64,000 bases of DNA from contig CAXBDR010000001.1 of NCBI GenBank assembly GCA_963974265.1, positions 902 to 64,901 on the forward strand, written 5' to 3'. This DNA is from an uncultured Rhodoferax sp. (GTDB lineage Bacteria > Pseudomonadota > Gammaproteobacteria > Burkholderiales > Burkholderiaceae_C). This document shows, in pieces, positions 59,907 through 64,000 of the stretch. The number at the start of each line of letters is the position of its first letter. Position 1 is the stretch's first letter. The position numbers and the translations under genes are program-made. The notes below the pieces were generated by a model that saw only the letters and a program-made list of their open reading frames with translations, was not told the DNA's origin and did no database searches.

Positions 59907-60590
59907 ATGACCACCACCGCCACAAGCACTCCGATCGCGCAGTCCAGCGCGTCGTCCTCGCACAAGGCCCGCTTCTGGGACCGCATCGCGCGCAAATACG
60001 CCGCCGACCCGATCGCCGACACGGCAGGATACGAGAACACGCTGCAGCGCGTGCAAGCCTTGCTGTCCGCCGAGCAGCAGGTGCTGGAGATCGGCTGCGG
60101 CACCGGCAGCACCGCGCTGCGGCTGGCGCCGTTCACGCGTCACCTGCTGGCGACCGACGTGTCGCCCGGCATGATCGCCATCGCACGCGAGAAGCTGGCG
60201 GCCCAGCCCGTGCCGCAGCTGAGTTTCGCCGTGGCCGACGCCGACGCACCGGCGGCCGGACAAACCGCATACGACGTGGTACTGGCCTTCAACCTGCTGC
60301 ACCTGGTCGACGATCTCGACCGTGCGCTGCAACAGGCCACGCAGGCCTTGCGGCCGGGCGGCCTGCTGGTTTCCAAGACACCTTGCATCAGCCTGATGAA
60401 CCCGCTCATTCCGTATCTCGCCTTGCCGGTGATGCGCATGATCGGCAAGGCGCCGCATGTGTTGTGCTTCGACGCGAAAGAACTGCAGTCGGCCATCACC
60501 CGGCAGGGGCTGGAGATCGTCAGCCTCGAGTGGCACGGAACCCGTGGCAAGGATATCCGGCCTTTCATCGTCGCGCGCAAGCCGGGTTGA
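59907..60590 (+). CDS. Class I SAM-dependent methyltransferase
   Basis: FWDRIARKYA, VLEIGCGTG, LRPGGLL. Confidence 0.92.
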   Translation: MTTTATSTPIAQSSASSSHKARFWDRIARKYAADPIADTAGYENTLQRVQALLSAEQQVLEIGCGTGSTALRLAPFTRHLLATDVSPGMIAIAREKLAAQPVPQLSFAVADADAPAAGQTAYDVVLAFNLLHLVDDLDRALQQATQALRPGGLLVSKTPCISLMNPLIPYLALPVMRMIGKAPHVLCFDAKELQSAITRQGLEIVSLEWHGTRGKDIRPFIVARKPG

Positions 60591-60830
60591 GCGGTGGGTC
60601 GCGGTGGGCCTGTCGTGCCATGCGACATGCGCCCGGCGACGCGATGCGTCGATGATGTTGCCATCGTTGCGGCAACTCGACCTTGCAAGCATGTGCACGA
60701 ACACGCGCATGTCGACGAAAGATCCATCGTCGGCGAGCGACCAAGGCGAGACGCTCCGGCGCAGGGAAAGCCAGGCTGACCATCGCTCGCGGTGACGCAG
60801 GCACAACGACGACATGCAGGCATTCAATCC

Positions 60831-61382
60831 ATGACACAGACAGACATCGAATTCGTTGAGCTGGAAGAGATCGACGAAGCACAACTCGTCACGCTCATGA
60901 ACGACGCTCGGGTCCGCAGGCACTTGCCATTGCTCGCCGGCGAATTCTCGCGCGACGATTGCCGCGCCTTCGTCGCGGCCAAGCGTCGGCTGTGGACGGA
61001 GCATGGCCAGGGTCCGTGGGCGATCCTCGTCCACGGGGAGTTCGCTGGCTGGGGCGGAGTCCAGCCCGAACACGGCGAGGCGGATCTGGCCCTGGTGCTC
61101 GACCCGCGTTTCTGGGGCTGGGGCGGGCCGATCTGCCGCGCGATCGTGGCGCGTGCGTTCGATCAGATGGAACTCGGCGCGATCACGGCGCTGCTGCCAC
61201 CGAGCCGAGTGAACAGGCGGGCGATCACACGCCTGGGATTCGTCGAAGCGGGCCGTTCGATGATCGAGGGTCGGCCATTCATCCGTTTTCTCCTGGCCAA
61301 CACGCGCCAACGCCGCGCGCCGGACCTGGCGGCGAGCCCGGATGATCGCGCAATGGCAGCGGACGAAGGCTCTGTTCGCTGA
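60831..61382 (+). CDS. RimJ/RimL-type GNAT acetyltransferase
   Basis: GPWAI, FAGWGG, FWGWG, RLGF. Confidence 0.8.
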   Translation: MTQTDIEFVELEEIDEAQLVTLMNDARVRRHLPLLAGEFSRDDCRAFVAAKRRLWTEHGQGPWAILVHGEFAGWGGVQPEHGEADLALVLDPRFWGWGGPICRAIVARAFDQMELGAITALLPPSRVNRRAITRLGFVEAGRSMIEGRPFIRFLLANTRQRRAPDLAASPDDRAMAADEGSVR

Positions 61383-61971
61383 CGGCCCGATCGGCTCGCA
61401 AGACTTCGGCAATCAGGTTCCGCAATGCCGGGACCAGGTCGGCTTCGAACCACGGATTGCGGCGCAGCCACGCGATATTCCTTGGACTGGGATGCGGAAG
61501 CGGCACCATGCGCGGCCAATAGGTCCGCCACGACCGAACCCGTTCCGTCAAGGACGAACCTTGTTCCGCGAAGTGGTACCTCTGCGCATATTGACCGAGG
61601 ACCAGAGTTATCTCTCGATGCCTCAATTGTCTGAGCAGCGGCTCTCGCCATGTCACGGCACACTCGGGTCGTGGCGGCAGATCGCCCGATCTTCCCGTGC
61701 CGGGAAAACAGAAACCCATTGGCAGAATCGCGAACTGCCTGGGATCGTAGAACTCGTCGCGCGTCACCCCCAGCCACTCGCGCAAGCGATCTCCGCTGGC
61801 GTCGTCAAACGGAATGCCGGAGCGGTGAACCTTGTTGCCTGGAGCCTGCCCTGCGATCAAGACCCTTGATGTCGGATGCAGCTGGACGACCGGTCGCGGG
61901 CCAAGCGGCAAATGGTCCTTGCAGATCGTGCAGGCACGTACTTCCTTCAGCAGGGACGAGAAGGAAGTCAT
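61279..61971 (-). CDS. Uracil-DNA glycosylase superfamily protein
   Basis: CTIC, GQAPG, PFDDASGDRLR, PLPHPSPRN. Confidence 0.9.
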   Translation of the reverse strand: MTSFSSLLKEVRACTICKDHLPLGPRPVVQLHPTSRVLIAGQAPGNKVHRSGIPFDDASGDRLREWLGVTRDEFYDPRQFAILPMGFCFPGTGRSGDLPPRPECAVTWREPLLRQLRHREITLVLGQYAQRYHFAEQGSSLTERVRSWRTYWPRMVPLPHPSPRNIAWLRRNPWFEADLVPALRNLIAEVLRADRAVSEQSLRPLPLRDHPGSPPGPARGVGACWPGENG

Positions 61972-62022
61972 TCCCGCGGCGTCACCGGTCGGCATCCATG
62001 ATCCAGCCACAAGGCACCCCAC

Positions 62023-63003
62023 TCATGCATCGACCCAGTCGATCGGTTGCTCTGCGGCGACGCCGTCGGCAATTCCATCGGATCCGCAATGGGGAGCTTC
62101 GCTCGAAGCACGGGCCGCTTGCCATGGCTGGAGCCACACGCGCTCGAAGATGTCCACGTCAACCGGCCGGCTGAAGATGTATCCCTGGATTTCGTCACAA
62201 CACGCGTGACGCAGAAAGTCCAGTTGCCGCACATGCTCGACGCCCTCAGCCACGACCTTGATGTCGAGTGACCGTCCGAGTTGCACGATGGCATTGCATA
62301 CGGCATTGGCATGTGGATCGACGCCGAGATCGTCGATCAGTGACTTGTCGATTTTCAGCGCATCGACCTGGAAGCGCCGCAAGTAGGCGAGTGACGAAAA
62401 ACCGGTTCCGAAATCGTCGATCGACACTGGAACCCCGACCATGCGCAATTCGCCAAGGACGGCTTCTGTGCGAGCGGCATCTCGCATCGCCGTCGACTCG
62501 GTCACTTCCAGTTCGATCAAACCCGTTGGCAGATGATAGTCTGAACGCAATCGCTCCAGTTGCACGGGAAGTTTGCTGCCGGCGAACTGACGCGCCGAGA
62601 GGTTCACCGCCAAGCCGATGGCGCGGCCGTAACGCGCCAACCAAGCAGAGAGGGTTCGTGCCGCGGTCTCGAGCATGAAGTCGCCAAGCGGCTCGATGAG
62701 CCCGGTAACCTCGGCAATGGGAATGAACTGGCCCGGCGGTACGAGGCCGCGCCGCGGGTGACACCAACGGGCCAGTATCTCCGCCCCGGCAAGACTGACG
62801 CCGCCACCCGGTACGAACTTCATGCGCGGTTGAATCGCGGCGAAGAGTTCTCCGTTGCGCAAGCCGCGTTCCAGTTCGCCCGCAAGAACGCTCGCCTCGC
62901 GCGCCCATGCCGCATAGTCTGGCGAGAGCATCGCCCACGCGCCAAGGTCGAAGCGGTCGTCCCCGGCGAGCGTGCCGGGCGATTGGGAAATGGCAAAAGT
63001 CAC
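62023..63003 (-). CDS. Stand-alone EAL-domain c-di-GMP phosphodiesterase
   Basis: EILAR, NLSARQF, EVTE, DDFGTGFSS, KID, AEGVE, QGY; no GGDEF or sensor domain. Confidence 0.88.
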   Translation of the reverse strand: MTFAISQSPGTLAGDDRFDLGAWAMLSPDYAAWAREASVLAGELERGLRNGELFAAIQPRMKFVPGGGVSLAGAEILARWCHPRRGLVPPGQFIPIAEVTGLIEPLGDFMLETAARTLSAWLARYGRAIGLAVNLSARQFAGSKLPVQLERLRSDYHLPTGLIELEVTESTAMRDAARTEAVLGELRMVGVPVSIDDFGTGFSSLAYLRRFQVDALKIDKSLIDDLGVDPHANAVCNAIVQLGRSLDIKVVAEGVEHVRQLDFLRHACCDEIQGYIFSRPVDVDIFERVWLQPWQAARASSEAPHCGSDGIADGVAAEQPIDWVDA

Positions 63004-63018
63004 GACGCGCTCCTTCGT

Positions 63019-63564
63019 CTATGCTGCCAGCTTCAATTGCACGGGAGGGAAGTCCACTTCCGTACGCGCCACATTGTTGGCGTAGTTTGTGAGCGTGGTC
63101 GCCGCCGTATGCGCCACGACCTCAAGCATGTCTTCATCCGAAAGCCCGGATTGTCGATACGTGTCGATTGCCGCGGGTTCGATGTGTCCACGCTTGTCCA
63201 CCAACTCGCGCGCAAACGCGGCGAGTGCGCCTGAGCGCGGCTTCGTACCGTGACCGGCGCGCGCCTGCAGCGTTTCCGCCTCGCTCAGGCCGGCCTTTGC
63301 GCCGAGCAAGGTATGCGCACTCACGCAATACGCGCAACCGTTGGCCTGCGACACCGAGAGCGCAACAATCTCGCGTTCCGCGGCGTTCAATCGCCCGCTG
63401 ACAAGCGCGTCATTCACGGCGAGCAACGCCTTCAACGCGGCTGGCGCGCGCGCAAGCGTGGAAAACAGATTCGGCACCATGCCGAGTTTCGCCCTGACCG
63501 CGGCGAGAGTCACGGCGACGTCCGCGTCTGCATGGGACGTTGTGATGGGAGCAATTTGCGACAT
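63019..63564 (-). CDS. AhpD/carboxymuconolactone decarboxylase-family peroxidase
   Basis: LGMVPNLF, REIVAL..NGCAYCVSAH, TNYAN. Confidence 0.9.
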   Translation of the reverse strand: MSQIAPITTSHADADVAVTLAAVRAKLGMVPNLFSTLARAPAALKALLAVNDALVSGRLNAAEREIVALSVSQANGCAYCVSAHTLLGAKAGLSEAETLQARAGHGTKPRSGALAAFARELVDKRGHIEPAAIDTYRQSGLSDEDMLEVVAHTAATTLTNYANNVARTEVDFPPVQLKLAA

Positions 63565-63656
63565 TTCAATGATTTCCCAGATGGGGTCCGTATCGGACAA
63601 GAGTCGAAGATGGAATGCGGGCGCGCCCATCGTGTGCGCGCCCACAAGTCGATGGT

Positions 63657-64000
63657 CTACAGCTTGCTGGAAGCCGTGTGCTGAATCCTGGCCCATTGCG
63701 CTTTCGCCTTTGCAATGGTGCCGGCACGATCCTTCTGGAACATCTTGAAGATGTCCTCGTTCAGGAACACATACAGCTTGCCGTTCTCGATTGCGGCGTA
63801 ACGCGGGTCGCCGTCGAACTTCTTTCCAACCGAGACACCGAACGTGCAGAAGCCGCCATTTTCCGGCGCGTACTTTTCCGGCGTTGCCTTGAACGCCTCC
63901 AGGTTCGACGGGGAGGCGAAGTAGTAGGCGACGCCATCGTGTACGGCGGTGTACTTTGCCGTGCCGTCGATGCGGTTGCCGATATCGACAAATGCGACAG
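63657..64000 (-). CDS. YHS-domain protein, 5' end outside the window (missing from the ORF track)
   Basis: Manual translation: ..YYFASPSNLEAFKATPEKYAPENGGFCTFGV..DP..IENGKLYVF..W. Confidence 0.85.
   Translation of the reverse strand, partial: VAFVDIGNRIDGTAKYTAVHDGVAYYFASPSNLEAFKATPEKYAPENGGFCTFGVSVGKKFDGDPRYAAIENGKLYVFLNEDIFKMFQKDRAGTIAKAKAQWARIQHTASSKL

Noticed and set aside
1-64000. CRISPR array, tRNA, rRNA, IS transposase
   Set aside because: No regularly spaced repeats, RNA-gene signatures or transposase/integrase motifs recognised by eye

Overview
High-GC betaproteobacterial (Burkholderiales-like) chromosomal window, mostly catabolic and transport genes. In order: an ABC solute-binding protein / ornithine-cyclodeaminase-family / ammonia-lyase-fold operon with a divergent LysR (the lyase lacks the MIO tripeptide); a class-III aminotransferase / TAXI-TRAP / racemase cluster; a visibly lower-GC Dpp-type ABC cluster with a 2OG-Fe(II) oxygenase and an RraA-family protein (12.1-19.3 kb); an orphan secreted protein with two Hcp-like domains and a PEP-CTERM tail (23.9-25.1 kb); and a carnitine/gamma-butyrobetaine catabolic operon (25.3-32.4 kb). 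The cdhR-like regulator of that operon is separated from it by a ~6.5 kb accessory island. The island carries a Phd/CcdA-chimeric antitoxin plus CcdB toxin, gene fragments, a VOC protein, a DUF6946-like nuclease and a DUF262+HEPN pair, and its spacers share a short GCGGHCATT-type motif. The right half holds GMC oxidoreductases, a class III cyclase with atypical specificity residues, a K+ channel, MFS/LysR/GNAT genes, UDG, an EAL-only protein and AhpD/YHS genes. No rRNA, tRNA, CRISPR, integrase or transposase was recognised. All family calls come from reading motifs by eye, not from database searches. Start codons were chosen manually.
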